A DNA stretch of 64,000 bases from Pyrinomonadaceae bacterium (lineage in GTDB: Bacteria; Acidobacteriota; Blastocatellia; Pyrinomonadales; Pyrinomonadaceae). The notes beneath the pieces were generated by a model. It did not search any database. It saw only the letters and a program-made list of their open reading frames with translations, and was not told where the DNA came from. Below, piece after piece: positions 33,643-43,272 of this stretch. Where the stretch lies: contig JACCUI010000284.1 in NCBI GenBank assembly GCA_013811945.1, positions 10,104 through 74,103 of the forward strand. The letters run 5' to 3'. Within the stretch, counting starts at the first letter, position 1, and each line of letters opens with the position of its first letter. The position numbers and the translations under genes were made by a program.

Positions 33643-35691
33643 TTAAACCGTAACAACCTCAGCTTCCGCAGGCTGGGCTCTCTTTCTGGTCAACCCCTGA
33701 ATTTGAACCGGTTTGTCCGCTTCCTTGGTGTCGAGCTGCTGCTTGAGCACGAGCTCCTGATAGAGCTTGCGCATCATTACAGCCTCTTCATGAGCGGTTT
33801 TTGGTCCTTCCATCTCCGGCTTGTTAGGTCGCGCAAGGTCGAGGGGATTGAGCACCATGTTATGCGCAGCGTCACTCAAATCCACCTCTTTGCCTCTTGC
33901 GAAAATCTCATGACGACCGTGCTCCTCATACCATTTCGCAACCGTGGCATTCTGGTGCATGTTCTCGATAATGTTTCTCCAGCCGATGCCTGTGTTGTAA
34001 GCACAGAAGGAAATCTCACCTTCCTGGGTACCGTAAGGGATGATGCACATCTCAGTGCGGCGAAAATCATAGTTAAAGAGATCCTGGAACCACATGCCGG
34101 CGATGAAAAGGAAGTTCCAACGATCGGACCGTCGTTTCTCGATGTCGTCAGTTGTGCGATCACCGGAGACTTTCCCATACTCCTTGCCAGTCAACCCGAA
34201 CGACTTGTCGAACTTCTTGAACAACTCATAAAGCGTAAACTGACTCGGCGACTTGTAGGGATTGTAGTGCTTCAGCAGCGCCAGTCCCATCATCAAATTC
34301 GACATCCATTTCCCGCGGGCAGCGTCGGTGATTTTCTGCATGTCCTTAACCAGACCAGGAATGTTCAAGAACTCCGGTACCGGTCGCATTTCTCTCGTTT
34401 CCTTATCGACCATCACCGCAGTGCCAACTCCGCAGTTGGGGTGGCAACCGCAGGAGACCTGGCCCCACTCAGCTTGGGGACCATGTACGAGGTCAGCGAA
34501 GTCGGCGAAAGCGCCCATCAATGAAAGCGGAAACCAATCGCGCGTCGGCTCGGTAATGCCGACCTGGTCCTTCACATCGTGAGCCAAATGCGACAGCGTG
34601 TAGCGCTGCTGCAAGCGGCGTTGCTCAGTGATCTCTTCGTCACGGCCGGTAAACGAAACTGGCTGGAAAGAGAGGAAGGCAATCTTCTTCGGATTGTCGA
34701 GAGCGAATCGAATAATTGAGCCCACCTGATCGTTGTTAATTCCATTTACGAGCGTTGTCACAAGAACGATCTCGACTCCTGCCTCGTGCAGGTTGTTAAT
34801 GGCGCGCATCTTGACATCGAAGAGATTGCCGACTTGGCGGTGGCTATTGGCGTCGTTGCCGATGCCATCGAACTGCAGATATACGTACCGCAGACCGGCT
34901 TCGGCCGCCTGGCGGCAGAATTCTTTGCTCTTGGCGAACTCAATTCCGTTGGTCGCGGCTTGCACGCTATTGTAGCCAACTTTTCTCGAGTACCTGATCG
35001 ACTCCAAAAAATGTGGCGAAATGGAGGGCTCGCCGCCCGAGAACTGAACCGACATCTGACGCCGCGGCTTGATGGAAATGGCGTTGTCCAGAATTTCCTT
35101 AATATCGTCCATGCCCAACTCATGAACGAAACCCACCTGGTTGGCGTCCATGAAGCACGGGTCGCACATCATGTTGCAGCGATTCGTTAAGTCGACCGTC
35201 AGAACAGCGCCTCGGCCATACTTGATTGTGCTGGTACCGTGGTTGTGAAGCTTTTCGTCGTTGTGGGCATCGATATCGCGGCCGGGAAACATCTTCTCGA
35301 TGTGAGTGAGGAACTTCGAGTCAATGGCCATCATATCCTCAAAGTGTCCATGGATCGCACAGTCTTTCACCATCCAGATCTCGCCATCGCGTTCGATGAT
35401 CTGGGCCTTGATCTCGCCCACTTTCTCATTAATTAGAACGCTGACATCCTGCTTGCCGCTGAGAATCGATTCCCTGGCCTCAATTACACAGTTCGGACAA
35501 AGCGAGTCAGTCGTTCTCGGCCAACCCAACGTAGGCTTGCTCTTTTGCCAGGATTTCAGCAGGGGCTTATCTGACCACTTGGGAGTAAAGGAAGGATTCG
35601 GCTTATACTTATTTACTGACTGAATCGTGGAATGGACGGCTCCCGCAACTAGCGTTAAGCCCTTCTCGACATGTTTAATAGGTCGCATCAC
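33643..35691 (-). CDS. Large radical SAM enzyme (682 aa) with an N-terminal CxxC/CxxH knuckle; possible tetraether-lipid-synthase (Tes/GDGT-MAS)-like protein
   Basis: Radical SAM motif LTNRCNMMCDPC (CX3CX2C). N-terminal LCPNCV...VKDCAIHGHF. Long C-terminal extension with CGCHPNCG. The Tes-like call comes from memory of the family architecture only. Confidence 0.6.
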   Translation of the reverse strand: MMRPIKHVEKGLTLVAGAVHSTIQSVNKYKPNPSFTPKWSDKPLLKSWQKSKPTLGWPRTTDSLCPNCVIEARESILSGKQDVSVLINEKVGEIKAQIIERDGEIWMVKDCAIHGHFEDMMAIDSKFLTHIEKMFPGRDIDAHNDEKLHNHGTSTIKYGRGAVLTVDLTNRCNMMCDPCFMDANQVGFVHELGMDDIKEILDNAISIKPRRQMSVQFSGGEPSISPHFLESIRYSRKVGYNSVQAATNGIEFAKSKEFCRQAAEAGLRYVYLQFDGIGNDANSHRQVGNLFDVKMRAINNLHEAGVEIVLVTTLVNGINNDQVGSIIRFALDNPKKIAFLSFQPVSFTGRDEEITEQRRLQQRYTLSHLAHDVKDQVGITEPTRDWFPLSLMGAFADFADLVHGPQAEWGQVSCGCHPNCGVGTAVMVDKETREMRPVPEFLNIPGLVKDMQKITDAARGKWMSNLMMGLALLKHYNPYKSPSQFTLYELFKKFDKSFGLTGKEYGKVSGDRTTDDIEKRRSDRWNFLFIAGMWFQDLFNYDFRRTEMCIIPYGTQEGEISFCAYNTGIGWRNIIENMHQNATVAKWYEEHGRHEIFARGKEVDLSDAAHNMVLNPLDLARPNKPEMEGPKTAHEEAVMMRKLYQELVLKQQLDTKEADKPVQIQGLTRKRAQPAEAEVVTV

Positions 35692-35955
35692 TGCTCTCGT
35701 TTCCTCTTATCCGGATTTATTTATTGCTGATTGCAAGTGGAAGGCCGCACGGCCGCTTGCTGTGGTAACGGGAGACCTCCCGCAATGATTGTGCCGCTAA
35801 GCCGTCCGCGCTCCTAAGTGAAGAAATTATTAGAGTTCGACGGAATTCGGCGACTTCGGTCGACCCTATGGATGTGTCATCAGGGCACAGACCGCCCTGA
35901 TACGGAAGCGGATGGGCCATTTTGCGCTAGAGGTTAGAAAGGCAACAAACGGAAT

Positions 35956-37038
35956 TCACTTCGGAGCAAAGTAGCCTATTCGAGCGGAAACCTGGTGCTT
36001 CGGGTTGGTCGATTCGACTCGAACCCGACGAAACTCACCGTCGCGAGTTCTATTAAGGGGCGAATAGTAAAGTGCGTATTGGTGACGCAGCTCTTCAGCG
36101 ACTTCCCTATAAATTTTTTCCAAATCGTTGAAAGACGTCGGCTTGTAAACCCTTCCGCCGGTTGCCCGGGTTAGTTGGTCCAAGTTGCGCTCGCTTGCGT
36201 CGAGTACTGCGAGACCAAGCCGCAGATCGCCGATTCGCAGCTCGTTGAAGCGTTGGGCAGAGCTTGACGCTGATAACAGGACCGAGAGTTCAGATTGCTT
36301 CTTTGCTCTTTCGATCTCGGTATTGCTCACCACGTAGACCGTCGTCTGCGACTGTAGCGCCGCTCGTAGGGCAGCATCGAAGGTTATGCCGCGTCCACTG
36401 TCAATTCCATCGGTGAGGACAATAATCGCATGACGCGCATTCGCGCGTGGCAATTGATCGCGGGTGGCCAGCAACATTGCATCGTTGAATCGCGTGAACA
36501 TTCCGGGGGCAAGGCGACGAAGCGCCCGTCGCAGCTGCGCAATGCTCCTGGTCCAGTCCTGCAGCAACAGCACGCGGTCGTCGAACTGAATCAAGCTAAT
36601 CCGATCGTCAGTCGCGAGGTGCGTAGCAAACCCCTCAGCGGCCCGGCGGAAATCATCCAGATTGTCCGAGGCAGATGATGAAGCATCGATCAGGAGTACC
36701 ACATCCACAGGAACCTGTCGCAGACCCAAATCACTAAGAGGTTGCTCAATACCATCTTCAAAAATGCGGAAGTTCGTGCGAGTTAGACCAGGAACCAGCT
36801 GGCCCGTGTAATCACGAACCGTCACAGGCAATAACACTTCAGTCGTCGTGACTGAGATAACATCGTCTGGATCAATTACCTGTTCTTTCTGCTTTAGTTT
36901 AGGAATGGGCGGTGGTGTGGCTTCGGCATCCTGCGCTTTTGCTGAGGAGAAACCTGCGGTTGCAAAGCACACGGTGAGACAGAGGGCGAGCTTCAGCTTG
37001 AGCGCAATTGACGCGGTGAACGGGAACTTGCCCAACAT
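35956..37038 (-). CDS. Secreted VWA-domain protein (VWFA-related Acidobacterial domain type)
   Basis: Signal peptide. VTVRDYTGQLVPGLTRTNFRIFEDGIEQPL...VDVVLLIDASSSA (MIDAS-like DxSxS). Confidence 0.75.
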   Translation of the reverse strand: MLGKFPFTASIALKLKLALCLTVCFATAGFSSAKAQDAEATPPPIPKLKQKEQVIDPDDVISVTTTEVLLPVTVRDYTGQLVPGLTRTNFRIFEDGIEQPLSDLGLRQVPVDVVLLIDASSSASDNLDDFRRAAEGFATHLATDDRISLIQFDDRVLLLQDWTRSIAQLRRALRRLAPGMFTRFNDAMLLATRDQLPRANARHAIIVLTDGIDSGRGITFDAALRAALQSQTTVYVVSNTEIERAKKQSELSVLLSASSSAQRFNELRIGDLRLGLAVLDASERNLDQLTRATGGRVYKPTSFNDLEKIYREVAEELRHQYALYYSPLNRTRDGEFRRVRVESTNPKHQVSARIGYFAPK

Positions 37039-37042
37039 TCAG

Positions 37043-37804
37043 TTAATTGTCCCCGCTTCTGGCGGGGCCGCCTATTTTCACACCTGACTCATCCATGGCA
37101 GCGGTCATCACCAGGATAATTGCGTCCGTGACCCGACGTTTTCGTAGTTCGATTAGTTTTGGTTCGGACAAATCAAAGTCCGCGGGAGAATTTTCAATTC
37201 TCTTAATAATCGTGCCCTCCGAAAAACCCGCTTCCACGAGCTGGACTATCGACTCGTTGGTGAGCGTCGGCGTTTTCTCGAGCTTCAACGCCGCCCCGCC
37301 GGCTTCGGATGGTGGGCGAATAATCCGGACTGTGGCGCTGCCGGTGGTTGTGGTTTCACCCTGATTGGATCCGTTCAATCCGCGTCCGCTGGTCTCACCT
37401 TTTGAACCGCCACTCGAGCCGAAGATCTCAGAATCGCCGCCCTGCGCGCCACTCACATTTTCGCCTGATCTCCCTTTACTATTGAAAAATGAATCATCGC
37501 TCCACTGATCATCGGAAATATGCGCTTCGTCGAGTGCCAGCATTGTGAGAATGATGTTCTCGGTAACACCGTTGCGCTTCAGGTCGATCAAGCGATCAGG
37601 GTCGAGGTCAAAACGGTTAGGTCTGCTGCGAACAATAGCGATAACCGTTTTTTCCTTAAACCCCGCGCGCACCAGTTTAACGACAGCAGCATTAGTCAGT
37701 GGGGGTTCGGAGCGCTGTTGAGCAGCTACCGACGATGAAAAGAAAAGCCCGCACAGGGCAAGTACGGGTATGGTTCTCAGGAATAGGATTTTCATTGGGT
37801 TCAA
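37043..37804 (-). CDS. Secreted protein with two ~55-aa internal repeats
   Basis: Signal peptide MNPMKILFLRTIPVLALCGLFFSSSVAAQ. Repeats LTNAAVVKLVRAGFKEKTVIAIVRSRPNRFDLDPDRLIDLKRNGVTENIILTML and LTNESIVQLVEAGFSEGTIIKRIENSPADFDLSEPKLIELRKRRVTDAIILVMT, separated by a Gly/Ser-rich linker. Confidence 0.6.
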   Translation of the reverse strand: MNPMKILFLRTIPVLALCGLFFSSSVAAQQRSEPPLTNAAVVKLVRAGFKEKTVIAIVRSRPNRFDLDPDRLIDLKRNGVTENIILTMLALDEAHISDDQWSDDSFFNSKGRSGENVSGAQGGDSEIFGSSGGSKGETSGRGLNGSNQGETTTTGSATVRIIRPPSEAGGAALKLEKTPTLTNESIVQLVEAGFSEGTIIKRIENSPADFDLSEPKLIELRKRRVTDAIILVMTAAMDESGVKIGGPARSGDN

Positions 37805-37841
37805 ATTCTACATCCAGGTCGAGGTCTACGAGCGCAGGGGT

Positions 37842-38879
37842 TCACATGCCACCTACACCCGGTGTGGTGGGTGGGACGGAACGAACAGATGATTTCACCT
37901 GACGGTAACGGTAGCCAACTCGTTTGACGTAATTGCGTGTCTCGCGGTAGGGCGGCACTCTACCCCCGAATTTAGCCACCGCACCTTCCCCGGCATTGTA
38001 ACTGGCAAGAACAAGATCCACCCGGCCATTGAATCGTTGCAGAAGCTGCTTCAAGAATCGTGTGCCACCGGCGATGTTTTGAGCTGGATCAAAAGGGCGC
38101 CGAACGCCAAAACGGGCACCAGTCCCCGGCATCAACTGCATCAATCCCTGGGCCCCTTTCGGTGATAGCGCGTGAATGTTGAAATGTGATTCCTGCTCCA
38201 TAACGCAAAAAATCAGGTAAGGATCAACGCCATGTTTCGCGCCGCTGTGTCTGATCAAAGCGTCAATCTTCGGACGCCCGGTGCTCCAGCCGCGCGCTTT
38301 CTTTGCAGAAGAGTCAGAGGCCAGTGTTTCCAGAGATTCGCGTTCAATGTGGTCGATGCGGCTGCGTTCGATAAATATGGAAAGTGGGCCGCGATTGTAC
38401 CAAACTCCCGCGGCAGACTCAGTTGCAGAGTCGACCTCAACTCGTGCTCCACCCACGAGGTGAATCCAGACCGGCTGCTGCGCGGTGGTGGTTTGAGCGG
38501 GCGCGAGGTCAGTCACCTTTGCAGTCTGCTCGGTTTTCGGCTTCACAGCCGAACCTCGCACGACACTCTTCACGCGATCGCGCGGCAAAAGGTGAGTGAT
38601 TCCTCGCTGCTTGTACCAGATCCCCTGTTCGCTCTCCCAGGCGTCATCCACAGCTACGAGCGTGCCGTCGCTGAGCTTGAGGCGAACCTGACCCTCGGCA
38701 AGTTGGGGTAACTGATCTTTAGAAGACTCGGATTGCTCGGCAGCTTTAAGGAGACGTTTCTTTGAACGCTTCTGAGCGGGCGCAGTGAAAAGGCTACCGC
38801 AGAGCAGAAGGGCTGCGCACAGCGAAAAGAGTCGCAAGGCGATTAGCGCATGGGTCATCGGGGGCTCCAGACTGTGCAA
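37842..38879 (-). CDS. Lytic transglycosylase (SLT domain)
   Basis: LIFCVMEQESHFNIHALSPKGAQGLMQLMPGT...ASYNAGEGAV. N-terminal signal/TM segment. Confidence 0.85.
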   Translation of the reverse strand: MHSLEPPMTHALIALRLFSLCAALLLCGSLFTAPAQKRSKKRLLKAAEQSESSKDQLPQLAEGQVRLKLSDGTLVAVDDAWESEQGIWYKQRGITHLLPRDRVKSVVRGSAVKPKTEQTAKVTDLAPAQTTTAQQPVWIHLVGGARVEVDSATESAAGVWYNRGPLSIFIERSRIDHIERESLETLASDSSAKKARGWSTGRPKIDALIRHSGAKHGVDPYLIFCVMEQESHFNIHALSPKGAQGLMQLMPGTGARFGVRRPFDPAQNIAGGTRFLKQLLQRFNGRVDLVLASYNAGEGAVAKFGGRVPPYRETRNYVKRVGYRYRQVKSSVRSVPPTTPGVGGM

Positions 38880-38884
38880 GCGGC

Positions 38885-40234
38885 TTACAACTCAAGCGGA
38901 TCGTCGCTTGTCCGTTCAATCATTGTTTCCTGGGTTCGTACTGGCGCAAACGTATGGGAAGCACCGAAGTAGTTGCGCCAGGCAACGTCGAGAACCTGCG
39001 GTGTCAACTCGAGCGCCTGCCCTTCGAAGAGGCAAATATCAGTGACCCGGTCAAGCAGGTCACGAGGCTCGCAACCCTTCATCTGTCTTCGTTCGATCCG
39101 ATACTTGCTCAGCAGGTGATCCAGAATCGCTTGCTCGCACTTGATGCCCCGTGTGTAGGCGGCGCGCCGGAAGATTTCGGACCATGCTCCGGGTGTTGGT
39201 GGCTCCACCCGCGCGCGGTATCCCATGCGTCGCAGGAAGGCCTGGTCGGCGAGATCTTTTTCCTCGAGGTTTGTGGAGAAGACCACAAGCTGCTCGAAAG
39301 GAACTTCGATCTTTTTGCCTGTGTGCAGCGCCAAGTAGTCGACCCGACGCTCAAGTGGCACGATCCAGCGATTGAGAAGGTCCTGAGGCGCGACTCGCTG
39401 ACGGCCAAAGTCATCAATCACGAGCGTGCCGCCATTCGACTTCATCTGGAAAGGAGCTTCGTAGAACTTGGCTGATTCACTCCAGGTGAGGTCGGCACTC
39501 TCGAGGGTCAACTCACCGCCAACTATGACGAGCGGTCGATTGATGAGGGCCCAGCGCCGATCGTATTCTCCTGCCGGTTCTTGTTCCGGCGCCTTGCGGT
39601 GACAGTGTGCATCGAAGACCCGAATGATTTGTCCATCGATCTCGACGGCGTAAGGAATCCAGATGGCGCCCGGCAGGGCGCCGTTAATGCGCTCGGCGAC
39701 TGCGGTCTTCCCGGTTCCGGGTAGCCCGGTAAGAAACAGAGATCTTCTCGAGTTGATTACACAACCGAGTGTTTGGAGGAGCGAATCCGGCAAGACAAGG
39801 TCGTGAAACGCAGCTTGGGCCGTTTCCATCGACGCTGGGTCAGAGGGGATCGATTGCAGGCGCATCATGTGCGTGTAGTCCGCCAGAGAAACCGGTGCGG
39901 AGCCCACGTAACCGCACGCTGAGAGCAAGCGGGTAAGGCGATTCCAGCCGTGATCGAGCATTGCGTAGCGAGTCGACCCAATGGTGGTCTGCACACGCAC
40001 CTCGATTAGTTTCTCCCGATAGAGTTTCTGCAGTATGTCCTCGGTCATCGCCCGTGTCAGATGAAGCCGCTCAGCAATAGCTGCAGTGGTCGGCTCGGGA
40101 ACCATGGCAACGTGTTTTAGTGCCAGGTCGCAGAGAAAGCCTTCGGCTACTCCCGTATCCGACAGTTCCTCCGGCGCGGGTGGTCCCATGCTTTCAACTT
40201 CCGCCCGCGTCAGTATTGTTGTTTGCGATATCAT
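38885..40234 (-). CDS. AAA+-type ATPase of unknown role, with an N-terminal wHTH-like region
   Basis: Walker A LFLTGLPGTGKTAVAERI. Walker B-like GTLVIDDFGRQ. VVFSTNLEEKDLADQAFLRRM. Confidence 0.65.
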   Translation of the reverse strand: MISQTTILTRAEVESMGPPAPEELSDTGVAEGFLCDLALKHVAMVPEPTTAAIAERLHLTRAMTEDILQKLYREKLIEVRVQTTIGSTRYAMLDHGWNRLTRLLSACGYVGSAPVSLADYTHMMRLQSIPSDPASMETAQAAFHDLVLPDSLLQTLGCVINSRRSLFLTGLPGTGKTAVAERINGALPGAIWIPYAVEIDGQIIRVFDAHCHRKAPEQEPAGEYDRRWALINRPLVIVGGELTLESADLTWSESAKFYEAPFQMKSNGGTLVIDDFGRQRVAPQDLLNRWIVPLERRVDYLALHTGKKIEVPFEQLVVFSTNLEEKDLADQAFLRRMGYRARVEPPTPGAWSEIFRRAAYTRGIKCEQAILDHLLSKYRIERRQMKGCEPRDLLDRVTDICLFEGQALELTPQVLDVAWRNYFGASHTFAPVRTQETMIERTSDDPLEL

Positions 40235-40259
40235 CGTCTTCTCTTTCGTCCGGCAGGAT

Positions 40260-41246
40260 TCACTTAAAGTTCAGCGCGACATTTGCTTCAGCTGATATGG
40301 CAGCCAGCTCGGTTCGGGCGCTTTGTGAGTCTTCAGGTCTTCCGATCCGCTGGTACAGGTCGGCGAGCCGTCTCAGGGCTATGGATGAATGTGGGTCAAC
40401 GCGACGGGCGCCTTCGTAGTATTTGATCGCCTCTTCATCACGGCCAAATCTTTCCAGCATCTTGGCTATATTCAGATTGCCGGTTAGTTCCCCGCCCGCA
40501 CGCGCGAAGTTTTTGTACGCTTCGTCAAACTTCCCTACGCGGCAGAGCGCCAGGCCCAGGTTATTAAGGATGCGTTCGTCGCGAGGAGCCAGTTTCACGG
40601 CTCTCTTCAACCGATCAATCGCGGCGCGGTAATTTCCGGTCTGGTACAGAGAAAAACCGAGGTTGTTTAACGTCTGGGCATCTTCGGGCTCCACCTTAAC
40701 GGCGCGTTCGTAAGACTGCTTCGCCCTATCCTGCATACCCTTCTGTGCAAATGCGACACCCAGCAGATTGTGAGCTTCGCCAAGGCGAGGATTCAAAGAG
40801 GCGGCTGTAGACAATTCTGAGATCGCCTCATTGATCCGGCCATCCTGCAGAAACGCACGGCCAGATTCGAGGTGCTCTTTGGCCGAACCGGACGTGGATA
40901 CCTTGCGGGCACCAGGGTCGCGATTGTCGTCGACCCGCGCGACACCAACGCTCTCGAACTTCTCAGAATCGCTCTCAGTCATACGCTCGAGCCTATTGTC
41001 TTTGCCTCTAAACAGCCTGCCGAACGCCTTAAAGGGAGCCGCGAAAATGCGCGCTACTTTATTGCCGCCTTTCTTCTTTATCACTTCACCGTTCTCGTTC
41101 ACCTCGCCGGCAGGCGAACCTGAGTCCTCGATCATATTGGCGTCGGGATCCCCATCTCGTTCGATAGTGGAAGCGCTCCACATCGCGGTCACCGCGATGG
41201 TCAGTACGAACGCGATCAGGATGGCGATTATTCTTCGTTTTTGCAT
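40260..41246 (-). CDS. TPR-repeat membrane-anchored protein (TadD-like position)
   Basis: The ATG at 41246 is preceded by AAGGAG at 7-nt spacing. N-terminal TM segment IIAILIAFVLTIAVTAMW. Multiple TPR units (AHNLLGVAFAQKGMQDRAKQSYERAVKVEP and others). Confidence 0.7.
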   Translation of the reverse strand: MQKRRIIAILIAFVLTIAVTAMWSASTIERDGDPDANMIEDSGSPAGEVNENGEVIKKKGGNKVARIFAAPFKAFGRLFRGKDNRLERMTESDSEKFESVGVARVDDNRDPGARKVSTSGSAKEHLESGRAFLQDGRINEAISELSTAASLNPRLGEAHNLLGVAFAQKGMQDRAKQSYERAVKVEPEDAQTLNNLGFSLYQTGNYRAAIDRLKRAVKLAPRDERILNNLGLALCRVGKFDEAYKNFARAGGELTGNLNIAKMLERFGRDEEAIKYYEGARRVDPHSSIALRRLADLYQRIGRPEDSQSARTELAAISAEANVALNFK

Positions 41247-41257
41247 TTGCCAACTCC

Positions 41258-42190
41258 TTACATCTTGCTGAACGTATCTATTAATTGGAGGGCTGCCGGG
41301 CCAAGAAGGGCTATGAACAAGGTGGGAAACAGGAAACATGCCAGGGGAAGGAGCAACTTCACCGCAGCCTTCTGCGCCGCCTGCTCAGCCCGCTGACGTC
41401 GTTTGGTTCGCAGTGAATCTGAGAATGCCCTGATTGCTTTAGTGATCGACGTACCAAACTTGTCTGTCTGAATTAGCATGGCCACGAGGCTGCGAAGATC
41501 CTCGACGCCGGTTCTTTCCGCCAAATTACGCAGCGACTCTTCCCGATCGCGCCCTACTCGCATCTCCAGATTGGCCATCTCGAATTCTTCACTAATGTCG
41601 GGATGCACATCCTTAAGCTCTGTGCTGACCTTCACCATCGCGGCGTTCAGTCCCAAACCTGCTTCAATCGAAATAACCATTAGGTCCAGCGCATCGGCGA
41701 GTCCCCAACGTACGAGTTGTTGACGAGAGCGGATCATTCGTTTCAATGCATACCGGGGCAGGAAGAAGCCAACGACGAAAGCGAAAAGGATATAGAAAAC
41801 CGCGCTGGTGAGGGGCCGCGCCAGCAACGCGCAGCCAAGTGCCACCATGCCTGGCAAGGCGGCAAGCGTGAAGATTTGAATGGCGCGATAAATGACTGTA
41901 GCACCGGGAGATCTAAATCCGGCTTGCATTAATTGCTTTTGCAGTTTTTTTGCCTCAGCCGCAGACGGCGGCAGAAGCCGACTGAGGGGTGAAGCAAGAC
42001 GCTGCGCCAAGTCGGACGCCGAACGATCGTCATTGAGCGATATAGGACCGCTGGCTGGGCTCGCTGTTCTTTCACCAAGCCTTTTTAAACGCTCAGTGGC
42101 AATGCTCTGGGGCCGGTACATGAGCCAGTAAACGCCCAACATCCCGAGCGAGATACAAATAAAAGTTGAGATTGTGATGATTAGAAGCAT
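41258..42190 (-). CDS. tadC: Tad pilus platform protein TadC (T2SS F family)
   Basis: Polytopic. ISIEAGLGLNAAM...MLIQTDKFGTSI is typical of TadB/C. The internal ATG at 42190 is preferred over the ORF start at 42274. Confidence 0.8.
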   Translation of the reverse strand: MLLIITISTFICISLGMLGVYWLMYRPQSIATERLKRLGERTASPASGPISLNDDRSASDLAQRLASPLSRLLPPSAAEAKKLQKQLMQAGFRSPGATVIYRAIQIFTLAALPGMVALGCALLARPLTSAVFYILFAFVVGFFLPRYALKRMIRSRQQLVRWGLADALDLMVISIEAGLGLNAAMVKVSTELKDVHPDISEEFEMANLEMRVGRDREESLRNLAERTGVEDLRSLVAMLIQTDKFGTSITKAIRAFSDSLRTKRRQRAEQAAQKAAVKLLLPLACFLFPTLFIALLGPAALQLIDTFSKM

Positions 42191-42300
42191 GGCTTTAGGT
42201 CTTTGTACTTTGTGCTTTGTGGTTTGTTGCTTGTCTTTTTCGCGCTGTGACTTCAGAGCTTTGACCGAGAACACAAAGTTCTAAGTTCAAAGTACCAAGT

Positions 42301-43266
42301 TCAAATCTTTATGTTTAGTATCTTCCGCACGATCAGCATGCCGGTTACCTGCAGGAACATTGCCGCGGCAATTAAGTAATGACCTCGCTGATCTTTCCAG
42401 AGGATGGCCATGTAGTCGGGATTCATTATGGTGATGACGATAGTGACGAATATTGGCAGGCCGCAGAGGAGCCAGGCCGACATTCGCGAGCTCGTCGTCA
42501 GGGTCTTCAAGTCGCCCATGATGCGGAAACGCTCACGAATGGTGTGAGCCACCTTTTCCAGAATCTCTGCGAGGTTTCCTCCCGTCTCACGCTGAATCAT
42601 CACCGCAGTGACGCACATGCGCAGATCTAGTAGCGGAATTCGCTGCGTAAGATTTTCCATGGCAAGCTTCAGCGAGAGACCGAGGTTCTGCTCTTCATAG
42701 GCCTTGCGAAACTCGCCCGCAATCGGTTCGGGCATCTCTGACGAGACCATATGAAGAGCTTCCGAGAAACCGTGGCCGGCCGAAAGCGAGCGGCTCATTA
42801 AGTCGAGCGCATCGGGCAAGTTCTCCAGAAATGCTTCAAAACGCTTTTTGCGTTTCCACCACACGTGAGCAAATGGGAGGGTCGCGGCTACCAGCCCCGC
42901 CCCAAGCGTCAATAGAATAGACACGCTGATGACCGATACCGCGAGGGCCGCGAGCAAGCCAGCCATGCCAGAGAACATCACCAGACGCGATGGTGTGACA
43001 TGCAGGTCAGCCTGATCCAGCATTAGTTTCAAGTGTAAGGCGGCCTGAAGACGAACAAGAGAGCGGTTGATCCAGGGGATCTCGCTCATCAACTCATTGC
43101 GCGCGAGTACAATCTCTATGTCTTCGCTGTGGGCCGAATGCAGCAAGGCTTCCGAGAGCCGGCTTCTTAATCGGGTGCGTTTCTCGTCGGTGCCGAGCGT
43201 TGCCAGGAGGTATGCGCCCAGGACCAGGAATAGCCCGAATACAAAAACTAGAAAGGACATCATCAT
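42301..43266 (-). CDS. tadB: Tad pilus platform protein TadB (T2SS F family)
   Basis: LSAGHGFSEAL...VMIQRETGGNLAEIL. Confidence 0.8.
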   Translation of the reverse strand: MMMSFLVFVFGLFLVLGAYLLATLGTDEKRTRLRSRLSEALLHSAHSEDIEIVLARNELMSEIPWINRSLVRLQAALHLKLMLDQADLHVTPSRLVMFSGMAGLLAALAVSVISVSILLTLGAGLVAATLPFAHVWWKRKKRFEAFLENLPDALDLMSRSLSAGHGFSEALHMVSSEMPEPIAGEFRKAYEEQNLGLSLKLAMENLTQRIPLLDLRMCVTAVMIQRETGGNLAEILEKVAHTIRERFRIMGDLKTLTTSSRMSAWLLCGLPIFVTIVITIMNPDYMAILWKDQRGHYLIAAAMFLQVTGMLIVRKILNIKI

Positions 43267-43272
43267 GTGATT

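Noticed and set aside
35717-35920. 67-aa ORF in the radical SAM leader
   Set aside because: No SD and an implausible composition. The region is dominated by hairpins.
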